A stretch of 28,399 nt of DNA from Candidatus Parcubacteria bacterium (GCA_017992335.1 JAGOOU010000001.1:1-28399), one strand, 5' to 3'; counted from the stretch's first letter, positions 9,291-17,455 are shown. Notes: generated by a model not told the origin, from the sequence alone. Program-made: numbers and translations.

Positions 9291-10249
9291 TTTATTTTTA
9301 AATGCTTATAGGCTAATTCAGTAGCAATTCTTCCCTTGGATGTTCTTTTTATTAATCCTAATTGGATTAAATATGGTTCATATATCTCAAGAATAGCGTT
9401 TTTCTCTTCAGAAGTGGAAGCTGATAATGCTTGAAGCCCAGCTGGGCCACCATTAAATTTTTTAATAATAGTTTCCAAAATTTTAATATCTGCTGGTTCT
9501 AATCCTAGATCATCTACTTCTAAAAAATCTAAAGCTTTATCTGCTAAATTTTTTGTAATTACATTTTTATTTTCTATTTGGGCAAAATCTCTTACTCTCT
9601 TTAAAAGTTTGTTGGCAGTTCTTGGGGTAAACCGGGACCTTTTAGCAATTTCTTTGACTGCTTCTTCTTCGATCTCTGCATTTAAAATTTTAGAAGATTT
9701 TTTAATTATCTTTTCTATTTCTTCATCTTTATAAAAATTCAATTGTAAAACTGCCCCAAATCTACTTCTTAAGGGAGCTGATAAAAGATCTATTCTTGTT
9801 GTTGCTCCGATTAATGTAAAATGAGGAAGATTAATATCAATACTTTTAGCCATTGGTCCTTTTCCTAAAATTAAGTTAAGTTTGAATTCTTCCATTGCAG
9901 AATAAAGATATTCTTCTACAAAACGGTTGATTCTATGAATTTCATCAATAAAGAGAAAATCTCCTTCATTTAAATTGGTGAGAATAGCAACAAGATCTCC
10001 TGATTTTTCAATAACAGGGCCAGATGTTGTTTTTATTTCAGCTCCAGCTTCTTTAGCTACAAGATAGGCTAATGTTGTTTTTCCTAATCCAGCAGGTCCG
10101 TAAAGTAGAATGTGATCAGGGGATTCTTTTCTTTCTTTAGCTGCGTCAACAATCACTTTTAAGTGTTTTTTAATTCTTTCTTGGCCTATGTAATTATCCC
10201 AATTTTTAGGCCTTAAAGTAGATTCAATTAGCTCTTCGTTTAAGTCCAT
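9260..10249 (-). CDS. ruvB: Holliday junction branch migration helicase RuvB
   Basis: LRPKNWDNYIGQ, GPAGLGKTT, FIDEIHR, GATTR, FTPRTANKLL and YEPYLIQ. Confidence 0.97.
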   Translation of the reverse strand: MDLNEELIESTLRPKNWDNYIGQERIKKHLKVIVDAAKERKESPDHILLYGPAGLGKTTLAYLVAKEAGAEIKTTSGPVIEKSGDLVAILTNLNEGDFLFIDEIHRINRFVEEYLYSAMEEFKLNLILGKGPMAKSIDINLPHFTLIGATTRIDLLSAPLRSRFGAVLQLNFYKDEEIEKIIKKSSKILNAEIEEEAVKEIAKRSRFTPRTANKLLKRVRDFAQIENKNVITKNLADKALDFLEVDDLGLEPADIKILETIIKKFNGGPAGLQALSASTSEEKNAILEIYEPYLIQLGLIKRTSKGRIATELAYKHLKIKCENNQQNLL

Positions 10250-10256
10250 TTAGGTA

Positions 10257-10285
10257 TTGACAAATTTTAATAAGTGTGTTATCTT
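10257..10285 (+). promoter_or_regulatory. Promoter firing into the ruvB-pilB gap, where no + strand CDS exists
   Basis: Perfect TTGACA (10257-10262), 17 bp, extended -10 TG-T-TATCTT (10280-10285). Confidence 0.65.
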
Positions 10286-10296
10286 ATATATGTAAA

Positions 10297-10425
10297 ATGA
10301 TTCTTGAATTGGGGGTAGGGATTTTCTGTAGCTAATGGATTGTTTGGTTTTTACTGGACTTTTCCTCAGGAAAATTCTTGACTTTCAGCCCGAATGCTAA
10401 AGTTAGCCCCCAATTCAGGAATTAT
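10297..10425 (+). ncRNA. Candidate structured non-coding RNA (three-way junction); family not recognised
   Basis: 19-bp closing helix 10297-10315/10407-10425, 12-bp helix 10317-10328/10367-10379, 9-bp hairpin 10380-10404. Non-Watson-Crick pairs are G-U on the + strand. It is flanked by a + strand promoter and a + strand terminator. Confidence 0.7.
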
Positions 10426-10427
10426 TT

Positions 10428-10458
10428 AACTGCATCAATTTTTTTGGTGCAGTTTTTT
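10428..10458 (+). terminator. Intrinsic terminator
   Basis: Stem AACTGCATCAA/TTGGTGCAGTT with a T5 loop and a T6 tail on the + strand; abuts the pilB stop codon. Confidence 0.75.
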
Positions 10459-11758
10459 ATCCTGTAACTTTTTTAACTTCATCGAAACTAGTAACACCAT
10501 TCAATATTTTAATAAATCCATCTTGTTTCATTGTTGTCATGCCCTTTTCTTTAGCAAACTTTTCTAAAGCAGACGAAGAAGGAGAAGTTAGAATATAGTC
10601 TTCTGTTTCAGAATCAATAACTAATGTTTCAAAAAGACCAACTCTTCCTTTGTAACCAGTGTTATTACAATGCGCACAACCTTTTGGGTAAAATATTTTT
10701 GTGTTTTCATTTAATTCAGGAATTTCAACTTGAGAAGGCATATTTTTTAAAGTTTCTTTCATTTCTTCTAATATTTCTTTTGAAATAATTTTTGCTTCAG
10801 CACATTTAGGACAAATTTTCCTTATTAACCTTTGAGCAACAACCATATTTATTGCTGGAGCAATATTAACTGGATTTTCTCCTAAGGCAATAAATCTAGC
10901 AACAGTTCCCGCAGCATCATTTGTATGAAGCGTACTTAAAACAAGATGTCCTGTTAATGCTGCTTGGAGAGCAATGCTGGCAGTTTCTAGATCTCTAATT
11001 TCTCCAACTAATATTACATCAGGATCCTGTCTTACGATTGATCTTAATCCTGACGCAAAATCGTATCCCTTTTTAGGATCAACTTGAGTTTGGGATATTC
11101 CTTTTAAATGATATTCTATAGGATCTTCAATGGTGATTATTTTAATCTCAGGATTTTGCATTTTTTTAAGAAAAGCGTAGAGGGTAGTAGTTTTACCGGA
11201 ACCAGTAGGCCCAGTAACAACAATCATGCCGTTTGGTTTTTCGGTTTGCTGAACAAAAGTATTATAAAGATCTTTTCTTAGCCCCAAATCTTCTAGATTG
11301 ATTAAGTTTTTAGGGTTTAAAACTCTCATTACGATTGTTTCTCCGTATTCTGAAGGTAATGTAGAGACCCTGATTTCAATTTGTTCGGTTGTTTCTTTTT
11401 CCATTAAAACAGTAAACCTTCCATCTTGAGGCTTCTTTTCAACATTCAATTTCATGTATGATAAAAGCTTGATTCTAGAAACAATAGATTTATATTTTGA
11501 AGAATCAAAATTGCACACTTCTTGTAATATGCCATCCATCCTTATCCTTAATTTGCTTCCAGTCTCCTCTGCTTCAAAGTGCAAATCAGAAACATTCATT
11601 TCAATTGCTCCGGCCATGATTGTTTTTAATAGTACGCTTACTTCTTCATTCAAAAAAGCTTCTATTACTTGAGAAAAAGAAAGTATATTTTGAAATTTGT
11701 CTAAGTTTTTAGTTAAAAAAACATTATCTACATTTATCTCTCCGGTTATTTTTTCCAT
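10457..11758 (-). CDS. PilB/GspE-family type IV pilus/secretion assembly ATPase with shortened N-terminus
   Basis: SDLHFE, RIRMDGIL, PQDGRF, Walker A GPTGSGKTT, TIEDPIEY, RQDPDVILVGEIRD, GHLVLSTLHTN and the tetracysteine motif CPKC...CAHC. Confidence 0.93.
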   Translation of the reverse strand: MEKITGEINVDNVFLTKNLDKFQNILSFSQVIEAFLNEEVSVLLKTIMAGAIEMNVSDLHFEAEETGSKLRIRMDGILQEVCNFDSSKYKSIVSRIKLLSYMKLNVEKKPQDGRFTVLMEKETTEQIEIRVSTLPSEYGETIVMRVLNPKNLINLEDLGLRKDLYNTFVQQTEKPNGMIVVTGPTGSGKTTTLYAFLKKMQNPEIKIITIEDPIEYHLKGISQTQVDPKKGYDFASGLRSIVRQDPDVILVGEIRDLETASIALQAALTGHLVLSTLHTNDAAGTVARFIALGENPVNIAPAINMVVAQRLIRKICPKCAEAKIISKEILEEMKETLKNMPSQVEIPELNENTKIFYPKGCAHCNNTGYKGRVGLFETLVIDSETEDYILTSPSSSALEKFAKEKGMTTMKQDGFIKILNGVTSFDEVKKVTG

Positions 11759-12840
11759 AATAATGAAGACAGTTCCTTTTCAGCAGAAGGAAGGTTCTTG
11801 CTTTTAACAAGAAAGATTCCACCTTTGCCTTTATAAGAACCATTATAATTTGTTTTTATAACATCAATCAAAGAATCTTTTTCAGAATAAAACACACATT
11901 TAATTGATGTTGGGGAAGATTTCCCTTCCCATAATAGCATGAAAGAGGGAATAGAGAAATAGTTCTTCATTTTTTCAATAATAAAACTTAAATCAGAGGA
12001 AGAGCTTTCTAGCTCTTTGAAATCATTTTCAGATAAAGAAGAGATGTAAACTTTTTCCTCTTTTAAAAAGTTTAAATTTTTAATGATTTTTTCTAGAAGA
12101 GAAAGCTTTCTTTTTGTTTCAGGATTAATGTGATTAAAATAAATGTTTCCTCCTTGTTCGACAAGCCATTTTATAGTCGACATTGTTTCTGGATCACCTT
12201 TTTCATTTATTGAGTCTATTATTCCCCACAAAAGAAATCCAGCAGATTTTTCATCGACATTTTCCTGAATTGATTTTAAAATAGAGGACATTCTTTCAGA
12301 AAGAGACATATCTTCTTCAATAATATTGATCTCTCCATAATTTTCATTTTGAGAATTTTTATCAACATTAATTATACTACAATTATATATAGATTCAGGG
12401 CTTTCATTAAAATATTTTTCTAATTCAGAAAATGATTTAATATTAAAAGCAATAATTAAATCAAAAAAAGGAGGAAGGAAAAGAGGCATGTCCTTTTCTT
12501 CAGAAACTAATTTGCAAGAAAATTGTTCTGGTTTTATTTCGTTTCCATTTTTAGGGACAAGAGATAATTCTACGCTTCCATTTTTTCTTTCATAGGAAAT
12601 CTCAGAAACATCGCTTTTTAAAGAAATAATAATTTTCTTTTTTTGAGCTTCACCATTGAGGTATTTTATTAAATTTTCTGGATTTTTATCTTTTGGAAGA
12701 AAAATATTATGCTTATTTTTTAAAGCAAAAAAAACACCTAAAACAGAGGCGTAAACGTCTTCATCAGCGTTATTTTCAGTTACAATCACTATATTTCTAG
12801 CGCTTTCTATACTGTTTTTAATATTTTCGAATGAATCCAT
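11746..12840 (-). CDS. Degenerate DHH/NrnA-like phosphoesterase-fold protein, probably catalytically inactive
   Basis: Motif remnants IVIVTENNADED.YAS, DLIIAFN, IINVDKN..NENYGEINII and AGFLLWGII. Start moved to ATG 12840 because the track's TTG at 12879 coincides with a -35 box. Confidence 0.6.
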   Translation of the reverse strand: MDSFENIKNSIESARNIVIVTENNADEDVYASVLGVFFALKNKHNIFLPKDKNPENLIKYLNGEAQKKKIIISLKSDVSEISYERKNGSVELSLVPKNGNEIKPEQFSCKLVSEEKDMPLFLPPFFDLIIAFNIKSFSELEKYFNESPESIYNCSIINVDKNSQNENYGEINIIEEDMSLSERMSSILKSIQENVDEKSAGFLLWGIIDSINEKGDPETMSTIKWLVEQGGNIYFNHINPETKRKLSLLEKIIKNLNFLKEEKVYISSLSENDFKELESSSSDLSFIIEKMKNYFSIPSFMLLWEGKSSPTSIKCVFYSEKDSLIDVIKTNYNGSYKGKGGIFLVKSKNLPSAEKELSSLLWKK

Positions 12841-12850
12841 TTTTTTCTTA

Positions 12851-12879
12851 AAACTACTGTATTTTAGGGTAAAAGTCAA
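12851..12879 (-). promoter_or_regulatory. Promoter of the DHH-like/pilB operon
   Basis: Minus strand: TTGACT (12879-12874), 17 bp, TAGTTT (12856-12851), 10 nt, ATG at 12840. Confidence 0.55.
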
Positions 12880-12885
12880 TCAAAG

Positions 12886-12913
12886 TTGTTTTTCTTTTTA
12901 AATAAGATATAAT
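12886..12913 (+). promoter_or_regulatory. Candidate leaderless promoter of tsaE
   Basis: TTGTTT (12886-12891), 16 bp, TATAAT (12908-12913), 8 nt, ATG at 12922. Confidence 0.5.
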
Positions 12914-12921
12914 GTAAAATA

Positions 12922-13371
12922 ATGACAATAATTTCTAGCAATTCTTTGGAAACAAAAGAAATCGGTAGGATTTTAGGAAAGGAGATTTTAGCTTTTAAAA
13001 ATAAAGAAGCTGTAGTTATAAATTTAAAGGGCAATCTAGGCGCGGGCAAGACCACTTTTGTTCAGGGAGTTGCTTTGGGTTTGGGAATAAGGAGAAAAAT
13101 ATTAAGCCCAACCTTTATTATTTTTAATAAGTATAAAATAAGAAAAAAGTCTTTTTATCATATTGATTGTTATAGAATAGATAAAACTAAAGAGATGGAA
13201 GACTTAGGATTTAAAGAAATTATAAAAGATCCTAATAACATTCTTATTATTGAATGGGGAGAAAGGATTAAAAAAATATTGCCAAAATATACAGTAGAAA
13301 TTAAATTTAAAATTTTAAAAGATAATAAAAGGGAAATAAGTTATGAAGAAAGAAACATTTGTAGTAATTGA
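12922..13371 (+). CDS. tsaE: tRNA threonylcarbamoyladenosine biosynthesis ATPase TsaE
   Basis: LKGNLGAGKTTFVQG, SPTF, YHIDCYR and IIEW. Confidence 0.95.
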   Translation: MTIISSNSLETKEIGRILGKEILAFKNKEAVVINLKGNLGAGKTTFVQGVALGLGIRRKILSPTFIIFNKYKIRKKSFYHIDCYRIDKTKEMEDLGFKEIIKDPNNILIIEWGERIKKILPKYTVEIKFKILKDNKREISYEERNICSN

Positions 13372-14242
13372 CGGAAACTCAGTAATTCATAGGGCTTTTC
13401 ATGCTTTGCCTCCTTTAAAAAATAAAAAAGGAGAAGTAGTAAATGCTGTTTACGGATTTCTTTTAGTCCTGTTTAAAATTATCAAAGAATTCAATCCAGA
13501 ATACTTAGGTATTTGTTTTGATTTAGCAGAGCCAACTTTCAGAAAGCAAGCTTATAAAGAATATAAAGCTAAAAGGAAAAAAGCGCCTCAAGAACTTTAT
13601 GATCAGATTCCTAAAATCAAAGAAATTTTAAAAGTTTTTAATATTTCTATCTGTGAAAAATCAGGGTTTGAGGGAGACGATGTAATCGGAACAATAGTTA
13701 ATCAATTCTCTGATTTTAATAATATTATCGTTTCCGGTGATTTAGATACATTGCAATTGGTTAACAAAAACACAAAAGTATATTTTTTAAGTAGAGGAGT
13801 AAAAGAAGCTCTTTTATATGATGAAGAGTCGGTAAAGAAAAAATATATGGGATTAGATAAAGAAAAGCTAATTGATTTTAAGGCCTTAAGAGGAGATTTA
13901 TCTGACAATATCCCAGGAGTTAAAGGAATTGGAGAAAAAACAGCTATTGAATTAATTACGACATTTAAAAATATTGAAAATATATACGAAAATATAAATG
14001 ATCAAAACATATCAAACAGTGTTCGAAAGAAATTGATAGAAGGTAAAGAAAATGCTTTTCTAAGTAAGGATTTAGCTAAAATAAGAACAGATATATCGTT
14101 AAATTTATGTTTACAAGATTATAAATGGAAAAACTATAACCCAAAAGCATTGGAAAAGGCATTAGAAGAACATGGTTTTTCTAGTTTAGTTAAAAAAATT
14201 CCTGGGCTTAATAATACTGGTGAAAATTTAAAATTATGGTAA
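13343..14242 (+). CDS. Stand-alone 5'-3' exonuclease/flap endonuclease (Pol I N-terminal domain only)
   Basis: VIDGNSVIHRAFHA, NAVYGF, EGDDVI, SGDLD and GDLSDNIPGVKGIGEKTA; ends at 299 aa with no polymerase domain. Confidence 0.92.
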   Translation: MKKETFVVIDGNSVIHRAFHALPPLKNKKGEVVNAVYGFLLVLFKIIKEFNPEYLGICFDLAEPTFRKQAYKEYKAKRKKAPQELYDQIPKIKEILKVFNISICEKSGFEGDDVIGTIVNQFSDFNNIIVSGDLDTLQLVNKNTKVYFLSRGVKEALLYDEESVKKKYMGLDKEKLIDFKALRGDLSDNIPGVKGIGEKTAIELITTFKNIENIYENINDQNISNSVRKKLIEGKENAFLSKDLAKIRTDISLNLCLQDYKWKNYNPKALEKALEEHGFSSLVKKIPGLNNTGENLKLW

Positions 14243-14251
14243 AATATATTT

Positions 14252-15304
14252 ATGAATAACGAAAAAAATTCAATTAATATAGATAAAGATAAAATATTAA
14301 TAATGGTTAATAATTTTCCAGACGGCCTTTTGATTGTAGATGAAAAAGAGAATATCGAATTAATAAGTCCTTCCACAGAATATTTATTGAAACAAAAAAA
14401 GGAAAACATTGTAGGTAAAAATCTTTATAGAATTAGTTCAAGCGAAATTGATTTGAAGCCATTAATAAAAGTTTTTAAAGAAAAAGAAGAAAAAAATAAA
14501 GAAGAAGTTACTCTTAATAATCTCCTTTTAGAGGTTTCTTCTTTTAATTTTCAAAATAATAAAGGAAGATTAATTATTGTCCACGATGTTTCAAGAGGAA
14601 AATTAGTAGAAAAGATGAAAACAGAATTTGTTTCAATCGCTGCTCATCAACTTAGAACTCCGTTGTCAGCAATTAAGTGGTCTTTAAAAATGATTTTAGA
14701 CGGAGACGCAGGAGAAGTGAGTAAAGAGCAAAAAGAGCTTCTTGAAAAAACATATTCTAGTAATGAAAGAATGATTGGTTTAATTAATGATTTACTTAAT
14801 GTAACAAGGATAGAAGAAGGTAGATTTCTTTATAATCCCGAAGAAATGCAATTAGAAGAAATAATAATTAATACATTAAAAGATTTTGAAGAAATAATTA
14901 AAATAAAGAAAGTTGATGTTAAGTTTAAAAGTAAAGAAAAACAACTTCCACCATTAATTATCGATAAAGAAAAAATGACACTAGCAATACATAATTTATT
15001 AGATAACGCAATAAAATATACTGTTCCCCATAAAGGAAAAATCAATATTTTTTTAGAGCAAAAAAATAACGATGTTATTTTTAAAATTGAAGATAATGGA
15101 GTGGGGATACCAAAAGATCAGTACGAACGAATCTTTTCGAGGTTTTTTAGAGGAGATAACGTGATTAAAATGGAAACTCAAGGTTCTGGGTTAGGTTTAT
15201 ACACTACAAAGAATATAATAGAGTCTCATAATGGAAAAATTTGGTTTGATTCAGAAGAGGGAGAAGGCACAACTTTTTATTTCTCCATTCCTTTTAAAGT
15301 ATAG
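14252..15304 (+). CDS. Cytoplasmic PAS-domain sensor histidine kinase
   Basis: PAS-like NNFPDGLLIVDE, H-box AAHQLRTPL, N-box NLLDNAIKY, G1 DNGVGI, F-box IFSRFFR and G2 GSGLGL; no TM segment seen. Confidence 0.92.
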   Translation: MNNEKNSINIDKDKILIMVNNFPDGLLIVDEKENIELISPSTEYLLKQKKENIVGKNLYRISSSEIDLKPLIKVFKEKEEKNKEEVTLNNLLLEVSSFNFQNNKGRLIIVHDVSRGKLVEKMKTEFVSIAAHQLRTPLSAIKWSLKMILDGDAGEVSKEQKELLEKTYSSNERMIGLINDLLNVTRIEEGRFLYNPEEMQLEEIIINTLKDFEEIIKIKKVDVKFKSKEKQLPPLIIDKEKMTLAIHNLLDNAIKYTVPHKGKINIFLEQKNNDVIFKIEDNGVGIPKDQYERIFSRFFRGDNVIKMETQGSGLGLYTTKNIIESHNGKIWFDSEEGEGTTFYFSIPFKV

Positions 15305-15330
15305 ACAATATTTTAAATTTAATATACAAT
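15302..15330 (+). promoter_or_regulatory. Candidate leaderless promoter of the response regulator
   Basis: TAGACA (15302-15307), 17 bp, TACAAT (15325-15330), 6 nt, ATG at 15337. Confidence 0.6.
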
Positions 15331-15336
15331 TATAGT

Positions 15337-15702
15337 ATGAAAAAGGTATTAATTATAGAAGATGATAAGTTCTTGAGAGAGCTTCTGGGCAAAAAAATAT
15401 CTAGTTTAGGATATTCTGCTGTTTTAGCTATTGATGGGGAAGATGGGCTTGAAAAAATGAAAACCGAAAAGCCAGATATTATCCTTCTCGATTTAATTTT
15501 ACCAGGAATGAACGGTTTCGAAGTTTTAGAACAAGCCAAGAAAAATCCTACTATAAATGAAACTCCAATAATAATACTTTCTAATTTGGGCCAGAGCGAA
15601 GATATCGAAAAAGGATTAAGATTGGGAGCAAAAGATTTCTTAGTTAAGGCTCATTTTACCCCACAAGAGATTGTAAACAAAATACAAATGTTTTTAAACT
15701 AA
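15337..15702 (+). CDS. Single-domain (CheY-like) response regulator
   Basis: VLIIEDD, phosphoacceptor in ILLDLILP, IILS and FLVK; 121 aa with no output domain. Confidence 0.93.
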   Translation: MKKVLIIEDDKFLRELLGKKISSLGYSAVLAIDGEDGLEKMKTEKPDIILLDLILPGMNGFEVLEQAKKNPTINETPIIILSNLGQSEDIEKGLRLGAKDFLVKAHFTPQEIVNKIQMFLN

Positions 15703-15704
15703 AA

Positions 15705-16562
15705 ATGCCAGAACTACCAGAGGTAGAAACAATTGTAAGAGGGTTAGAAAAAAAAGTTCTTAATAGGACTTTTCTTAATATTTGGACTGACTCCAAAAAA
15801 ATATTTAAAGGTATCAGTTTTGAAGATTTTTCAAAAAAAATAAAGAATAAAAAAATTATTAAAATTAGAAGAAGGGGTAAAAACATTCTTTTCGATACGT
15901 CTCAAGGTTTTACACTATTGATTCACCAAAAGATTACAGGTCATTTGCTTATTGGTAAATGGAAAGAAAAAAATAATAAGTGGATTTCTTCTGAAAAAGG
16001 AGTCAAGCTTGAGGATCCAATGAATCAATCAATAAGAGTAATATTCTTTTTAGATAAAGATATGCAAATGGCTTTGTCTGATTTAAGAAAATTTGCCAAG
16101 ATTGAGCTTAAGACAACACAAGAAATAGAAAAAGAATTAAGTGTTCTTGGACCAGAGCCCTTAGATATTAGTTTTAAAGAATTTAAAAGCTTATTTTTAA
16201 AGAAGAAAGGCGTGATTAAGCAAGTTTTAATGGATCAAAATTTTATTGTTGGTATTGGCAATATCTATGCGAGCGATATTCTATGGGAAGCAAAAATCAA
16301 TCCTCAAAGAAGAATAGAGTCTTTAAAAGAAAAAGAATTAGAAAAGATATATAAATCAATGAAAGAAGTATTAAATCAATCAATTAAATTAAAAGGAGAT
16401 AGTTTTTCTGATTTTAGAACTATTTCAGGAGAAAAGGGAGGATATCACAATGTATCAAGAGTGTACGGAAAAGAAGGAGAGAGATGTAGGTGTGGAGGAA
16501 TAATAAAAAGAATAAAACAAGGAGGCAGAAGTTCTTTCTTTTGCCCAAATTGTCAAAAATAA
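15705..16562 (+). CDS. mutM: Formamidopyrimidine-DNA glycosylase Fpg/MutM
   Basis: MPELPEVET, RRRGK, LGPEPL, GIGNIYASDILW and a C-terminal zinc finger ...FCPNCQK. Confidence 0.96.
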   Translation: MPELPEVETIVRGLEKKVLNRTFLNIWTDSKKIFKGISFEDFSKKIKNKKIIKIRRRGKNILFDTSQGFTLLIHQKITGHLLIGKWKEKNNKWISSEKGVKLEDPMNQSIRVIFFLDKDMQMALSDLRKFAKIELKTTQEIEKELSVLGPEPLDISFKEFKSLFLKKKGVIKQVLMDQNFIVGIGNIYASDILWEAKINPQRRIESLKEKELEKIYKSMKEVLNQSIKLKGDSFSDFRTISGEKGGYHNVSRVYGKEGERCRCGGIIKRIKQGGRSSFFCPNCQK

Positions 16563-17455
16563 TGATTATTTTCCTTTTTGGAGAAGATACATATAGATTA
16601 AAAGAGAAGTTAAGCGAAATCAAAGAAGAGTATAAAAAGAAAAATACTAGTGGTTTTAATTTAAGATTTTTAGACGCTAAAGAAATACTTTTCGATGATT
16701 TTAAAAGTGAATTTTTGAGCGTATCAATGTTTAAAGAAAAAAAGTTAGTTGTTTTGTCTAATGTTTTTTCTAGCAATAAATTTAAAGAATCCTTTATGGA
16801 AAAAGGAGAAGCATTATTTGATTCTCCTAATATTATAATTATCTATGAGCCAGGTAATATTTCTTTAAAAGATAAACTAGTAAACTTTTTAAAGAAAAAA
16901 GCGAAAACAGAAGAATTCAAGCCATTAAGGTCAGATCAAGTTAAAAAATTTATTAAAAAGAAATTAGGAGAAAAAGATATAGATGAAGAAGCATTGTCTT
17001 TATTGATAGAATTTTCTTCGAGTGATTTGTGGAAAATATCAAAAGAAATAGAAAAATTGACGCATTATTCTAGAGAGAAGATAACAAAAAAAGATGTAGA
17101 GTTATTAGTTTCTCCTATTTATGATAATAATATTTTTGAAACAATAGATGCAATCGCAAGAAAAGAAAAAGAAAAAGCAATTAAATTATTAAAACGCCAT
17201 CTTGAAGAGGGAGACTCTGTCCCTTATCTTGTAACAATGATTGCTTATCAGTTAAGAAACATAATTAGTGTTAAGAGTTCAAACAATATTTCAATGAGTC
17301 CTTTCGTTTTGAGTAAATCAATGTCTCAAGCAAATAATTTTTCAATAGAAGAATTAAAGAAACTATATGAAAAAATAGCATTTTTAGATGCGGACATAAA
17401 AACAGGGCGAATAGACCCTGAATTTGCTTTAGACTTTTTAGTTTTTGATCTTTAA
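16562..17455 (+). CDS. holA: DNA polymerase III subunit delta
   Basis: MIIFLFGEDTY, KKLVVL, KEIEKL, NIFETIDAI and DADIKTG. Start set at the TAATG overlap with mutM rather than the track's 16490. Confidence 0.88.
   Translation: MIIFLFGEDTYRLKEKLSEIKEEYKKKNTSGFNLRFLDAKEILFDDFKSEFLSVSMFKEKKLVVLSNVFSSNKFKESFMEKGEALFDSPNIIIIYEPGNISLKDKLVNFLKKKAKTEEFKPLRSDQVKKFIKKKLGEKDIDEEALSLLIEFSSSDLWKISKEIEKLTHYSREKITKKDVELLVSPIYDNNIFETIDAIARKEKEKAIKLLKRHLEEGDSVPYLVTMIAYQLRNIISVKSSNNISMSPFVLSKSMSQANNFSIEELKKLYEKIAFLDADIKTGRIDPEFALDFLVFDL

Noticed and set aside
10297-10400. Two tiny coupled ORFs inside the RNA (12 aa at 10297-10335; 21 aa MDCLVFTGLFLRKILDFQPEC at 10335-10400)
   Set aside because: No RBS, the starts are buried in or near structure, and there is no recognisable similarity. 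A type I toxin mRNA cannot be fully excluded without Ribo-seq.
10297-10425. RNase P RNA reading on the minus strand (GAGGAAAAGTCC and ACAGAA...TA resemble CR-I and CR-V)
   Set aside because: The two would-be P4 strands do not pair, the element is far too short, the helices would contain A-C mismatches, and the promoter and terminator are on the + strand.
10297-10425. SRP RNA, tmRNA, tRNA, hammerhead ribozyme, CsrB-like or common riboswitch identity
   Set aside because: There is no CAGG-GNRA-AGCAG domain IV, no T-loop or CCA end and no riboswitch consensus. CTGAGGA/GAAA on the minus strand leave no room for hammerhead stems I and III, and the GGA motifs mostly fall in stems.
10297-10425. MITE/IS remnant with terminal inverted repeats
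   Set aside because: No target-site duplication, no second copy in the window, and the repeat mismatches are G-U compatible, which favours RNA structure.
16490-16561. N-terminal extension of holA; similar upstream starts for the DHH-like gene (12879), ruvA (17772), rpsT (17709) and ORF 19940
   Set aside because: Downstream starts fit family N-termini, stop/start overlaps and promoter positions better.
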